A DNA stretch of 63,740 nucleotides, filler included, from Clostridiaceae bacterium (GCA_012839865.1; 5 parts of 5 records of this genome joined end to end with filler, not necessarily neighbours in it), one strand, 5' to 3'. Shown: positions 42,523-54,314, counted from the first letter of the whole stretch. Made by a program: numbers and translations. The notes: a model not told the origin generated them from the letters alone.

Positions 42523-42984
42523 ATGGCAATAGACGAGATAAAAGCTATTGTACAAAATAAAAAAGCAAGGCATGAATACTTTATAGAAGAAACCTATGAA
42601 GCCGGAATCGAGCTTTCAGGAACCGAAGTTAAGTCGATAAGACAGGGCAGGGTTAACTTTAAGGACAGCTATGCTGCAATTGACAACGGTGAGGTTTTTA
42701 TTGTCGGTATGCATATAAGCCCATATGAACAGGGGAATATATTTAACAAGGATCCTGAAAGAAACCGTAAACTCCTTTTACACAGGTATGAAATAAACAA
42801 ACTGACAGGATTGATCCAGCAAAAAGGGCTGACTTTGGTGCCGCTGAAACTCTATTTTAACCGGGGGAAGGTTAAAGTGGAGCTGGGAGTGGCAAGAGGC
42901 AAGAAAATTTATGACAAGCGGGCGGATATAGCAGCCCGGGACGCACAACGAGATATCGACAGAAAAATGAAAGAGCACTATTGA
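42523..42984 (+). CDS. smpB: SsrA-binding protein
   Basis: [39 protein letters not shown]. Confidence 0.98.
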   Translation: MAIDEIKAIVQNKKARHEYFIEETYEAGIELSGTEVKSIRQGRVNFKDSYAAIDNGEVFIVGMHISPYEQGNIFNKDPERNRKLLLHRYEINKLTGLIQQKGLTLVPLKLYFNRGKVKVELGVARGKKIYDKRADIAARDAQRDIDRKMKEHY

Positions 42985-43053
42985 GTGATTGTGCGTGAAA
43001 TAAGAATTCAGTAAACTTGACTTTGCTGGCAGGCTTGCAAGCTGTTTTGCAAA

Positions 43054-43105
43054 AACCTGGCCGAAAGACTGTGACATTCGTCGCCGGTATGAAGGTTTAT
43101 CATGA
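43054..43105 (+). repeat. Dispersed ~47-bp element, copy 2 (overlaps the ssrA upstream region)
   Basis: Matches 12458..12504 at 41/47 positions. Confidence 0.75.
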
Positions 43106-43137
43106 TGGCTTGCCGGCATATAACCATAATTTAACAT

Positions 43138-43560
43138 GGGGGCGTAAAGGTTTCGACGGGATCGTTGAAACCCAGGTAGCGGGTAGAGGATTCTCGTTGG
43201 CCTCTTTAAAAAACGAGAACTTAAAAATAAACGCTAAAAACGATAATTTCGCTTTAGCTGCTGCCTAATATAGGCAGCCCGTCAGTCCGGGGTTCCTGCA
43301 CCTCGGGGAACTGGCGTCATCAAGTCAGGCCTTCTGCGTGGGAAGGTTAAACGCCGGAACTGCCAAAGTGGTAGCCTTGAGCTTTGGCGGAATAAAAGGC
43401 TACTGAAAGCAGTACCCTGCCTGTAGGGGACTGTCGTAGGGAACCGCCGGTCATTGTCTCGCAAGGGAAACGTGACACGGCAGCAAAATACAGGATGCAC
43501 CCGGAGAAGCTTGAGTGGATATGGTTTCGGACAGGGGTTCGATTCCCCTCGCCTCCACCA
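43138..43560 (+). ncRNA. ssrA: tmRNA; tag reading frame AKNDNFALAAA* at 43233..43268
   Basis: 5' GGGGGCGTAAAGGTTTCGAC, 3' GGTTCGATTCCCCTCGCCTCCACCA with acceptor pairing; ALAAA-stop tag; downstream of smpB. Confidence 0.96.
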
Positions 43561-43572
43561 CAATATACACAC

Positions 43573-43618
43573 ACGCAGACGAAATGCCGCAAAACGGCAT
43601 GGCGTCTGCGTTTTTGCT
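43573..43618 (+). terminator. Intrinsic terminator after ssrA
   Basis: ACGCAGACG...ATGCCG-caaaa-CGGCAT...CGTCTGCGT followed by TTTT. Confidence 0.8.
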
Positions 43619-43871
43619 TTCTAAAGAACTTCTGAATTTGCTATCGGTTTCACGGGGCAGAGAGGAAATTAACAACTATTTGTATAAAATGGGAATTATA
43701 TCAGCATATCTTCCCCACCTGGATACCATAGAATCGATGGGAAGACCTACAACTTACAACAAGTCTTAGAAATGTATATCAATCTGTGAAAGAATGCTCA
43801 AAATGATATCGAAATTCATCTGTCAAACAGTTCATATAGATCCCTAAAAAACGATAAGGAGATGTTGGTAC

Positions 43872-44663
43872 ATGTCTAACTGTAAAATAATTTCTATAAG
43901 CAACCAGAAGGGTGGCGTTGGGAAGACCACTACAGCCTTGAATCTTGCTTATGCATTGGCCGAAAATGGGAATAAGGTATTGCTGATTGACCTTGATCCG
44001 CAATCTAATTTAACCATGTGCTTTGGAATTGACCGGCCAGAGGAGCTTAAAACAACAATTTATGACTTAATGATGTGTGTTATTGATGAAAAGGAATTGC
44101 CGGACAAAAGTAAGTGTATCCTTTCCTTCAATAACCTCGACCTTATCCCTTGTAGTATTGAATTATCCGCTGTTGAAATGAGCCTCGTCAATGTGATGAG
44201 CAGGGAGGTCATTTTAAAGATGCTGGTGGAGAATTTTAAGGCTGATTATGACTATATCATCGTGGACTGCATGCCTGCGCTCGGCATGCTTACCGTAAAT
44301 GCACTGGCTGCCTGTGATAGCGTTCTCATTCCTGCTACAGCACAATACCTTTCAGCCAAAGGGCTGGAGCTTCTACTACAGACTATTGTGAGGGTCAAGA
44401 AACGCATCAATCCTCACATAAGGATTGATGGCATACTGATTACAATGTACTCGGAACGGACGAAGCTTTCAAAGGAAATCCTCAGCCTTATAAACGACGC
44501 TTACAGCGAACACATAAGGATATTTGAGAGTAAAATACCGGTATCCGTCAAAGTAGGCGAGGCCAGCTTCAGGTACAAGAGTGTAATTGAGTATGATCCC
44601 AAAAGCAAAGTTGCACTGGCTTACCAGGACTTTGGAAAGGAGTATTTAAGTTATGGAAACTAA
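43872..44663 (+). CDS. parA: ParA/Soj-family ATPase
   Basis: NQKGGVGKTTT, LIDLDPQSN, DCMPALG, SVKVGEA. Confidence 0.95.
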   Translation: MSNCKIISISNQKGGVGKTTTALNLAYALAENGNKVLLIDLDPQSNLTMCFGIDRPEELKTTIYDLMMCVIDEKELPDKSKCILSFNNLDLIPCSIELSAVEMSLVNVMSREVILKMLVENFKADYDYIIVDCMPALGMLTVNALAACDSVLIPATAQYLSAKGLELLLQTIVRVKKRINPHIRIDGILITMYSERTKLSKEILSLINDAYSEHIRIFESKIPVSVKVGEASFRYKSVIEYDPKSKVALAYQDFGKEYLSYGN

Positions 44664-45678
44664 AGGGAAGGTAAGAAGTTTTGCAGATATATTCGGTGAA
44701 GATGCTGCACCTGATCCAAAACAGCAGGCAGGCGTAACAGAAATTGAAATATCAAAGCTTGTGCCTTTTGCAAATCACCCTTTCAAGCTCTATGAGGGCG
44801 AAAGGTTCAATGATATGGTAACCAGCATTAAGGAACTCGGCGTTGTGCTTCCTGTTGTTATAAGACCGAAGGGTGAAGATAAATATGAGATTCTCTCCGG
44901 TCACAACAGGGTGAATGCTGCAAAAATTGCAGGCCTTGAGAAAGTGCCGGCTATTATTAAGGAAGGGTTATCGGATGAAGAAGCCAATCTGATTGTTACC
45001 GAGACCAATCTGTTGCAGCGGTCATTTGCTGATTTGAGCTATTCTGAAAGGGCCATTGCACTTGCAACTCACTATAATGCTATAAAGCAACAAGGCAAGA
45101 GAAATGACTTGATAAATGAGATTGAGATGCTTTCAAAACCGCATGGTTTCAGGGCTGAGACAACTACGTCCCAAGTTGGGGCGAGGTTGAGGTCAGATGA
45201 GAAAATCGGTGAACAGTACAATCTGTCCAAAAACACCGTTGCCAGATACCTTCGACTAAACGAGTTGATTCCCGAACTGCTTGCAAGGGTTGATAACGAA
45301 GAAATAGCCTTTATCCCTGCTGTTGCTCTTTCGTTTATCAAGAAAACAGAGCAACAGGTTATTGAGAGAATTATTGCTGAAAACAACTTCAAGGTGGATA
45401 TGGTCAAAGCAGATATTCTGCGCTCCAATTCGGAAACTGGTAGTTTATCTCCAGACAGAATATATGCGATTTTGTCAGGAGAACTTGGCAAAAAGGGAAA
45501 ATCCAATAAACCGGCACCAATCAAGGTTAAGCCCAGGGTAATTTCAAGATTTTTCACACAGGGACAAAAACCTGCTGAAATTGAAGAAATCATTGAAAAG
45601 GCACTGGAGCTATATTTTAGCAGACTGGAACAAGCAGAAAAAGCAACATCCTCAGAGGAAAAGGAGGATGTCCAATAA
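44653..45678 (+). CDS. parB: ParB-family protein (ICE type)
   Basis: FANHPFK, SIKELGV..P, YEILSGHNRVNAA, HTH SKNTVARYLRL. Confidence 0.9.
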   Translation: METKGKVRSFADIFGEDAAPDPKQQAGVTEIEISKLVPFANHPFKLYEGERFNDMVTSIKELGVVLPVVIRPKGEDKYEILSGHNRVNAAKIAGLEKVPAIIKEGLSDEEANLIVTETNLLQRSFADLSYSERAIALATHYNAIKQQGKRNDLINEIEMLSKPHGFRAETTTSQVGARLRSDEKIGEQYNLSKNTVARYLRLNELIPELLARVDNEEIAFIPAVALSFIKKTEQQVIERIIAENNFKVDMVKADILRSNSETGSLSPDRIYAILSGELGKKGKSNKPAPIKVKPRVISRFFTQGQKPAEIEEIIEKALELYFSRLEQAEKATSSEEKEDVQ

Positions 45679-45700
45679 TTAAACGGAAGGAGGCCTGCCT

Positions 45701-48700
45701 GTGAAGCTATACAATCTTAAACAGATTTTTGATGAAATCACAGCGAAGATTACAAGCTCGGAATCTGAATGGAAATCGTTTTTTGAGTTTTCACGCCCGA
45801 ATATATAAATACAGCTTTGAGAGTGCTGCCCTGATATATGCTCAACGCCCGGATGCAACGCTTGTGGCCGACATGGAAACCTGGAACAAGAAGGTTGGCC
45901 GTTGGGTTAAGGCCGGAGCAAAGAGCATCAGGGTTTTTGATTCGGATGAAAATGATGGGACCGGAAACTCCTTGCCTCGAACAAGATACCTTTTTGATAT
46001 CAGCGACACCATAGGCAACCCGGAAACCGTTCCAAAGGTATGGAGCCTTAACGACACTACAGCACAAATGGTTGCGGACAGATTGAATAATAACCTTCCG
46101 GAGGCAGGCCTTCCACTCGAAATTGTAATAGGCGTAATGTCGGAAGCAAAAGTGTATGCTGCCTTTGACGAGTGGATGCAGAATTTTGAAGATGACCTGA
46201 AAAATACTAGTCTTTGGGAATTACCGCATACCGGAGTTGAAAACTGCTTCCGACAGGCCGCAGTGAACAGCATCATATATCTTGTAGGGAAACGCTGCGG
46301 CATAAGTGACAGCAATCTTGATGGTTTCGATTTGAGCATTATCAGCCATTTTAAAAGCAAACAGCTTATAGCAAGGCTTGGAAGTGGAATTACAAGGATA
46401 TCGCAGGAGATTTTAAGAGAAATTGAGAGTACCATAAAACAAATATTAAAAGAGCAGAGGAGTGCAAATCAATATGAAACAAGCAGTGGAACTGAATTAC
46501 AAAGAGAGAGACTGGATCATGTACCCGGACATTCAGAACTCCAACAGCAGGGAAGCAGACGAGACGCCGCTGGGCAAGTACGGGCAGATGGCCCTGTCCT
46601 ACCTGAAGGAATACCATCCCCACCGTTACACATACCTTCTGATGGAGGGCGAGCTGCTTCCGACAATGCACAGAGTGAACGAGGAGGCTCACAATTATCT
46701 GAATACCATCATGGAACAGATGTTGAAGAACGATCCGATATCCGACCCGAGCGACACTTACCGGAGCTATCAGCACAGGATGCAGCTGATGGCAACAGCG
46801 GAGGAAATAACCCTGGCGGAAATCGTGTACAAACCGAGATAAAAAATATAACAGATACAATTGAGTCGCAAAACAGCGGCTCTTTTTTTTCGCCGGATAC
46901 CGGGAAATTTGAAGCCGAAAGAAGGTATCTTTCAAAATCTGAGGTTGTGGAAGCTGTTTTGAAGATGGGGAGTTTTGTTCATGGCGGCAAGCAACGGATA
47001 TATAATTTCCTGTTAACAGACCCCGATAATACGACTTTTGCCAGGATTCTCAGGAAGGAATACGGTATAGGCGGTATGGCCGTACCTGTTGACTTTGGAA
47101 TCCACACAATCAACTATGATGGGAAAGGAATACGGGTTGAATGGCTGGATGACGGAGGCAAACATTCAAATCTCATCACATGGAGTGCTGCTGCAGATAC
47201 AATCCGAAATCTGGCGGAGGAAGGCAGATATATTGATGGTCTGTTTCTTAACACACACAGACAGCAGTCTCTTTTTGACATGCTTGAAAAGCAAGAATTA
47301 ATAAAGAATCAGCAGCCTGAGCCGGAAGAAGAGCAGGTGGATGCTGAAATGCCTGACGGTGAGATGGAAAGCAAAATATCAGGTGAAGACCTGGATGAAA
47401 CTGAATTTATAGAAGCTGACGATTTCACTAATGCTCTTCAAACAGAATCTGATGAAAATAACACCTTACCTGGAAAGGCAGAACCAACGGAACTTATAAG
47501 TGATTCCGACATTGCCGCAACTGATGCTGAAAACATCACTGAAATACAGCAACAAAATATAGATATCATCTCTGCCAAACAATATGAGCGGATAAACTAC
47601 CGCTACTCGACTGAGGATGAAATCGGCCTTGGCGGTCTGAAAACGAAGTTTAAGAATAACGTCGATGCCATAAAGACGCTGAAGGTTATTGAAAGCGAAA
47701 ACAGGCTGGCAACTGCTGCAGAACAGAGAATCCTTGCAAGATACATCGGCTGGGGCGGCATGCCTCAGGTTTTTGATCCGGACGCTTCAGGTTGGGAAAA
47801 AGAGTATTCCGAGTTAAAAAGCCTGCTTACCACAGAGGAATACGACAGCGCCAGGGCTTCAACGCCCAATGCCCACTATACCTCGCCGGTGGTGATTGAA
47901 GCCATATATAAAGCGCTGGAGCGTTTCGGTTTTGAGAAAGGAAATATACTGGAACCGTCCATGGGAACAGGGCTCTTCTATTCGCTACTGCCGGAAAGCA
48001 TGCGGGAGTCAAAGCTCTATGGAGTGGAATTGGACAGCATTTCTGGCAGAATCGCAAGACAGCTTTACCAGACGGCGGACATTAAGGTGCAGGGCTTTGA
48101 AACGGTGGATTATCCGGACAACTTCTTTGATGTGGCCATCGGCAATGTGCCTTTTGGGGATTACAAGCTCCATGACAGAAAGTACGACAAGTACAACATG
48201 AACATTCATGATTACTTTTTTGCCAAAGCTCTGGACAAGGTGCGTCCCGGGGGAATCATCGCTTTTATCACTTCAAAAGGCACCCTGGACAAGGAAAATG
48301 CCTCGGTCAGGAAATACCTTGCCGAACGGGCGGAGCTTATCGGGGCCATACGTCTTCCCAACACAACCTTCAGGCAGATTGCCAACACCGACGTAACAAC
48401 CGACATTATTTTCCTTCAAAAACGGGAACGCATGATGGTAAGCGATGAGGAATGGCTGCATCTTGGCCTTACCGATGAAAATGTGCCGGTCAACCAGTAC
48501 TATCTCAGTCATCCGGAGATGATGCTGGGCAAAATGGTATTTGATCGGAGAGAATTTGGTGAAGGCAGCAAATATACGGCCTTAATCCCCGAAGAAAACC
48601 TTGACCTTGCAGAAGCACTGGAGAAAGCAGTATCAAACTTGAATGCAAGCATTCAACCTATTGAAAGGGATGCTGACAAGGGACAGGAAACCATTCCTGC

Positions 48701-51700
48701 CGACCCATCGGTGAAGAATTTCACATATACCTTTATTGATGGTGCCCTATATTACCGTCACAATGCTGTGATGAGAAGAATGGAGGTTAAAGGGACAACC
48801 CTTGAACGTATCAGGGGGCTTGATGAATTGAGGCGGGCAACCCGTGACGTGATTGATGTCCAGATGAATGGCTGCACTCCGGAGGAACTAAAGCCTTACC
48901 AGAAGAAGCTCAATGACATTTATGACAGGTACGTTGAGAAATATGGAATTGTAAACTCAAAGCAAAATGCGCTTGCTTTCAGGGATGACAGTGATTATCC
49001 CCTGCTTTGCTCTCTGGAAGACATTGATGAGGACGGAAATGCAAGGAAAGCGGACATACTTACAAAGCAGACCATACGGCCACGTATTGAAATAACCGAA
49101 GTGGATACTGCGATGGAAGCGCTGGCTGTTTCTCTCAATGAAAAGGGAAGGGTGGACCTGGCCTATATGACCTCCATCTATGACGGTACACCCGAGAGTA
49201 TCATCCATGAGCTGAAGGGGCAGATTTTCCTGAACCCGGAAAAAGAAATACAAAGTATCTATGATGGCTGGGAAACTGCTGATGAATACCTTTCGGGGAA
49301 TGTCAGGCGCAAACTTAAAATTGCCAGGCTTTATGCGGAGAAAGAGCCGGAAAAATACGCCGATAATGTTGCTGCTCTGGAGAAGGTACAGCCCAAAGAC
49401 CTGGATGCTTCTGAAATTGATGTAAGGCTGGGAGCTACCTGGATTGAGCCTGAAATCTATGAGCAGTTTATTTATGAACTGCTGAGAACTCCATTCTATA
49501 ACCGGAATGACAGAGCAAAAAACAGCTACCGCAATAACCGGAGCATTAACGTAAGCTACAACAACTACACCGGGACATGGTTCATTGAGAACAAGAGCAT
49601 CGACAATCATTCCGTTGCTGCGACCGAAACCTATGGAACAAAGCGGATGGATGCTTACACCATTATTGAAGAGACTCTCAATTTAAGAAGTGTAACGGTA
49701 AAGGATAAGACAGAGGACGAAAACGGCAATGAACGGTATGTCATAAACAAAAATGAAACCATTGCGGCAAGAGCCAAGCAGGATCAAATCAAGGAAGAGT
49801 TTAAAAACTGGATATTTAAAGATGCCGACCGCAGGAAAAAACTTGTGGACTTCTATAACGAGAATTTCAATAATATTCGCCTCAGGGAGTATGATGGCTC
49901 CCATCTGACCTTCCCCGGAATGAATCCTGACATCCAGCTTAAGCCCCACCAGATCAATGCCGTTGCCAGAATCCTGTATGGTGGGAATACCCTTCTGGCC
50001 CACTGTGTGGGTGCGGGAAAGACCTTTGAGATGATAGCCTCCTGCATGGAGCTGAAACGCCTTGGTCTTGCCAGAAAGAGCGTCTTTGTCGTACCCAATC
50101 ATCTGACCGAGCAGACCGGAGCGGAATTCTTAAGGCTGTATCCTTCGGCCAATATTCTTGTGGCCACTAAAAAGGACTTTGAGAAGCAGAACCGCAGGAG
50201 GTTTGTAAGTAGGATAGCGACTGGAGACTATGATGCCATCATCATCGGGCATTCAAGCTTTGAAAAGATTCCTATATCCAGGGAACGCCAGGAGAAAACG
50301 CTTAAAGGCCAGATATCCGAAATCACTTATGCTATCAGGGAAGCAAAGCAGCAACGGGGAGAGAACTGGAATATCAAGCAGATGGAAAAGTTCAAGAAAA
50401 ACCTTGAGGCTGAATTAAAAAGGCTGATGGATGAGAGCAGGAAGGATGATGTCATCGACTTTGAGCAGCTTGGCATTGATTGCATGTTTGTGGATGAGGC
50501 GCACTACTACAAAAACTGTGCGGTTTTTTCCAAAATGCGCAATGTCGCCGGGATATCCAACACACGGGCCAAGAAGTCCATGGACATGCTGATGAAATGC
50601 CAGTATATCAATGAAATCAACGGCGGCAGAGGTGTGGTGTTTGCCACCGGAACCCCCATCAGCAACTCCATGACGGAAATGTTCGTCATGCAGAGGTATC
50701 TCCAGAATCACAAGCTGCATATGCGCAATCTGCATCACTTTGACGCATGGGCGGCCATGTTTGGAGAGGTCGTTTCCTCACTGGAACTTGCACCCGAGGG
50801 CAACGGCTACCGCTTCCGTTCAAGATTTGCGAAATTCAATAACCTGCCGGAATTGATGGCACTGTTTAAAAACGTGGCCGATATCCAGACGGCAGATATG
50901 CTGAACCTGCCGGTTCCCAAATTAAAAGATGGCAAATACACCCTTGTTGCATCAGAGCCTTCGGAATTTACCCTGGAGGAAATCAAACGCTACGGGGAAA
51001 GGGCGGAACGTATCCGAAACGGAGGAATTGACCCGTCTTCCGACAATATGTTGAAAATAACTACAGAAGCCCGTCTGCTGGGCACCGACCCACGGCTTAT
51101 TGATCCGAATGCGTATGATGATCCCAACTCCAAGCTGAACAAATGCGTGGATAATATTTATCAGAAGTACATTGAATCAAACGGTATCAAGGGAACACAG
51201 ATTATATTCTGTGATGTGGGAACGCCTAACGGTGATGGGCGTTTTTCTGTTTATGATGATGCAAAGAAAAAGCTCATCGAAAGAGGCATACCAGCGGAGG
51301 AAATATGCTTTATTCACGATGCCCGGAATGAGGTGCAGCGTGAAAGGATGTTTTCACAGTTAAGAAGCGGGGAGAAACGCATTATTTTCGGTTCAACGTC
51401 AAAAATGGGAACAGGTACGAACATTCAAACGAGACTGGTTGCATTGCATCATCTTGACTGTCCCTTCCGACCGGCGGATATTGAGCAGCGAGAAGGAAGA
51501 ATCCTCCGTCAGGGCAACAAAAACGAGGTGGTGGAGATATTCCGGTACGTTACCAAAAACACCTTTGATTCATACCTCTGGCAGATTGTTGAGCAGAAGC
51601 AGCGTTTCATCTCACAGGTCATAACCGGCAAATCCATTGCTCGAAGCTGTGAAGATATTGATGAAACCGTACTCTCATTTGCAGAAGTGAAGGCGCTGGC

Positions 51701-52418
51701 GACCGGAAATCCTCTGATTAGGGAAAAAATGGACCTGGACAACGAAATCAGCCGTTTGCAGGTATTAAAAAATGCCTATAACAACCAGCGGTATTCTCTG
51801 GAGGACAGCTTTACCTTCTATTATCCAAAGCGTATTTCTGAAACCGGGCAGATTCTTGAATGTCTGATAAAGGACATGCAGATAAGGGATATGAACAAGA
51901 CGGAGGGCTTCTCTATTGTGATTAACGGCAGAATTTATGATGAACGAGAGAAGGCAGGGAGCATCATACAGACCATGCTGGATGAGGCAGTCAGGCATAA
52001 GCAGATGAGCATAGGCAAGTTCAGAGGGTTTGAACTGCTGTTAAAGTATGAGCAGTTCGGCAACAGGTACAGCCTGGTACTGCATGGCAATACAAAGCAT
52101 GAGGTAGAGCTTGGCGACAGTCCTCACGGAAACATGGTCAGGCTTGAAAATGTGCTTGAGGGACTGGAAAAAAGAATTGCAAGCTGTGAGAACAAGCTGG
52201 CCGAGTATGTTAAAAATATGGAGGATGCCAGAGCAGAGTTTGAAAAGCCCTTCAAATATGAAAAGGAATTGCAGGAGAAGTTGAAACGGCAGTCTGAGTT
52301 AAATGCCCTGCTAGACCTTGATAAAAAGGAAGAAGTCATCGGGGATGATGCCATGGAGGAACAGGAAAGCAGCAAGGAACAAGAAATTGAAGAAGAGTAT
52401 GATGTAATAGCGGTATAG
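45701..52418 (+). CDS. Giant ArdC-N / N6-MTase / SNF2 helicase (DarB-like), with an N-terminal frameshift at ~45790
   Basis: GTG 45701 follows GGAAGGAGG and its frame reads [29 protein letters not shown]; the main ORF 45729..52418 carries IYKYSF...IYAQRPDA (ArdC-N-like), LEPSMGTG and NVPFG (MTase), [12 protein letters not shown] and [11 protein letters not shown] (SF2). Confidence 0.9.
46474..46842 (+). CDS. TnpV-family protein nested in the +1 frame of the helicase
   Basis: [30 protein letters not shown]...[13 protein letters not shown]...[11 protein letters not shown] matches the TnpV pattern; AGAGGAG precedes ATG 46474 (alternative GTG 46462). Confidence 0.8.
   Translation: MKQAVELNYKERDWIMYPDIQNSNSREADETPLGKYGQMALSYLKEYHPHRYTYLLMEGELLPTMHRVNEEAHNYLNTIMEQMLKNDPISDPSDTYRSYQHRMQLMATAEEITLAEIVYKPR
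46863..46890 (+). terminator. Intrinsic terminator inside the helicase ORF, 20 nt after the TnpV-like stop
   Basis: GAGTCGC-aaaaca-GCGGCTC stem (one G-U pair) followed by T8. Confidence 0.7.
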
Positions 52419-52438
52419 AAAACCTGCCTGAAAGGAGT

Positions 52439-53179
52439 GTGATATCAATGACCTCATCAGTAAGAAACCAAACATACAAACTTGAGATTGTCCTTGACCA
52501 TGATGCAGAAAGCCCAAGAGAAAACAACGATAACTTTGGAAAGATGGTTTGCTGGCACAGGCTATACAACCTTGGCGACAGGCATAATTACAGCGATAAG
52601 GATGATTTCCTGTTTTCACTTCTTGAAGAAACTGTTGGTGATACTGAAAAAGCAGAGGAGGTTTATGAAAGAATAAAAGAAAGTATTGACCGGGAGGTAT
52701 ACAAAAGCTATGGTGCTTACAATAAAGCGGTAGATGATGAGATTTTAGAGGTTCTGAAGCAAAAATTCGTCATTCTGCCGCTTTATTTATACGATCACAG
52801 CGGCATTACCATGAACACCACAGGCTTCAGCTGTCCTTGGGACAGTGGCCAGATAGGCTGGATTTATGCAAGCCTTGAGGATGTGAAAAAGGAATTCGGT
52901 GATGATTCTCCTTCAAGCATTGAGAAAGCACTGAAGCTCCTGCGAGCCGAAACAGAGCTGTATGACTGTTATCTGCGTGGAGAATGCTATGGGTTCCGTC
53001 TTTATGAAAACGGTGAAGAAGTGGACAGCTGCTATGGGTTCATCGGCAGCTTTGATGAAGTGAAGGAAGCTATCAAGGAGCATCTGCCTGATGATGCCAA
53101 ATACCTCGCCGATGAAGCCCAATACGGTGAAGAAAAATGTACGAATGAAATTGAAGAAGATGAAGAGCTTGAAATGTAA
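52439..53179 (+). CDS. Conserved acidic mobile-element hypothetical protein
   Basis: LPLYLYDHSGITM...PWDSGQIGWIY...YL.GE.YGF motif, acidic C-tail; SD AAGGAG upstream. Confidence 0.7.
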   Translation: MISMTSSVRNQTYKLEIVLDHDAESPRENNDNFGKMVCWHRLYNLGDRHNYSDKDDFLFSLLEETVGDTEKAEEVYERIKESIDREVYKSYGAYNKAVDDEILEVLKQKFVILPLYLYDHSGITMNTTGFSCPWDSGQIGWIYASLEDVKKEFGDDSPSSIEKALKLLRAETELYDCYLRGECYGFRLYENGEEVDSCYGFIGSFDEVKEAIKEHLPDDAKYLADEAQYGEEKCTNEIEEDEELEM

Positions 53180-53191
53180 AGGAGGAGCTGT

Positions 53192-54247
53192 ATGCAAGGA
53201 CCATATAAAACGAAGCAGGAACGGCGCTTTACAGATGAGCAAATTGCGCAGGCAAACAGCGTAAATATCATCGATTATGCCAGAAGACGGGGGTATCATG
53301 TAAAGCAGGTAACGACACACTCCTATAAAATCCCGGGTTTCGGCGGACTTTACATTCACTCCAACGGACTCAAATGGAACAGATTTTCAGTCGGAGTTGG
53401 CGGCGGAGCAATACAATTTGTCATGCACATGGAGAACAAGACATGGGTTGATGCTGTAAAAGAGCTGCTGGGACTTCCTCCTGAGTATCATGAACATTCC
53501 GGTATATTAAACCAACCGGCATTGAAAGAAGATCCCCATAAAAAAGCCTTTGTGCTTCCTGAGAAGAACGATACTTACAGACACCTGTTTGCATATCTTA
53601 TTGGAACAAGAAAAATCGACAAACAGCTTGTTTATGACCTTGTGAAATTGAATAAAATCTATGAGAACAAATACTATAACTGCTGTGTTTTTGTGGGGTA
53701 TGACAAAAACGGAGAGGCAAAATATGCGGCCATACGGGGAACAAATTCAGCTCTTCAATACCGTAAGGATGTAGCAGGTTCCGATAAAAGCTATCCTTTT
53801 GCCGTGGATATCAGAGGGGGAAAAGTCTGCAAAGATGGTGAACTCAGAAGTAAAAGACTATTCGTGTTTGAAAGTCCTATTGATTTGATGAGCTATTTAT
53901 CATTACTGAAACTGCATCGGATAAAGGATTTTGAGGCACACTGCATTTCCCTTGGTGGTGTTTGCAATCTTGCCCTTGAAAGATTTCTCAATGAACATCC
54001 GGAGATTGCAGAAATAACGCTCGGTCTTGATAATGATGAGGCCGGGCGTTTTGCATGTGAGCAGATCCGGCAGAAGTATTCCGAACATTACAGTATCAGG
54101 CGGAACTTGCCTGAAAACAAGGACTTCAACGAGGACCTTGTAAAGCTGTGCAGAGCAACTTCTCTTGAACAGGCAAGACATGTACCTGGAGAACATACTT
54201 TTTGCGCGGCGACTTCAGCAGAAAGTGAAATTCTTCTTTCCCAATAA
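53192..54247 (+). CDS. DUF3991 + TOPRIM (primase-like) protein
   Basis: W.RFS.GVGG.AIQF N-terminus, FAYL..TRKID, VFESPIDLMSY and GLDNDEAG TOPRIM motifs. Confidence 0.88.
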   Translation: MQGPYKTKQERRFTDEQIAQANSVNIIDYARRRGYHVKQVTTHSYKIPGFGGLYIHSNGLKWNRFSVGVGGGAIQFVMHMENKTWVDAVKELLGLPPEYHEHSGILNQPALKEDPHKKAFVLPEKNDTYRHLFAYLIGTRKIDKQLVYDLVKLNKIYENKYYNCCVFVGYDKNGEAKYAAIRGTNSALQYRKDVAGSDKSYPFAVDIRGGKVCKDGELRSKRLFVFESPIDLMSYLSLLKLHRIKDFEAHCISLGGVCNLALERFLNEHPEIAEITLGLDNDEAGRFACEQIRQKYSEHYSIRRNLPENKDFNEDLVKLCRATSLEQARHVPGEHTFCAATSAESEILLSQ

Positions 54248-54314
54248 CCCTTACCCTTTACGCAACAAGAGCATCAGGGACATACCTCGGCAGAATAGGA
54301 ATACATCTTGCAGA

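Noticed and set aside
43017..43268. 83-aa ORF ending in FALAAA
   Set aside because: This is the tmRNA tag frame extended upstream, not an mRNA-encoded protein.
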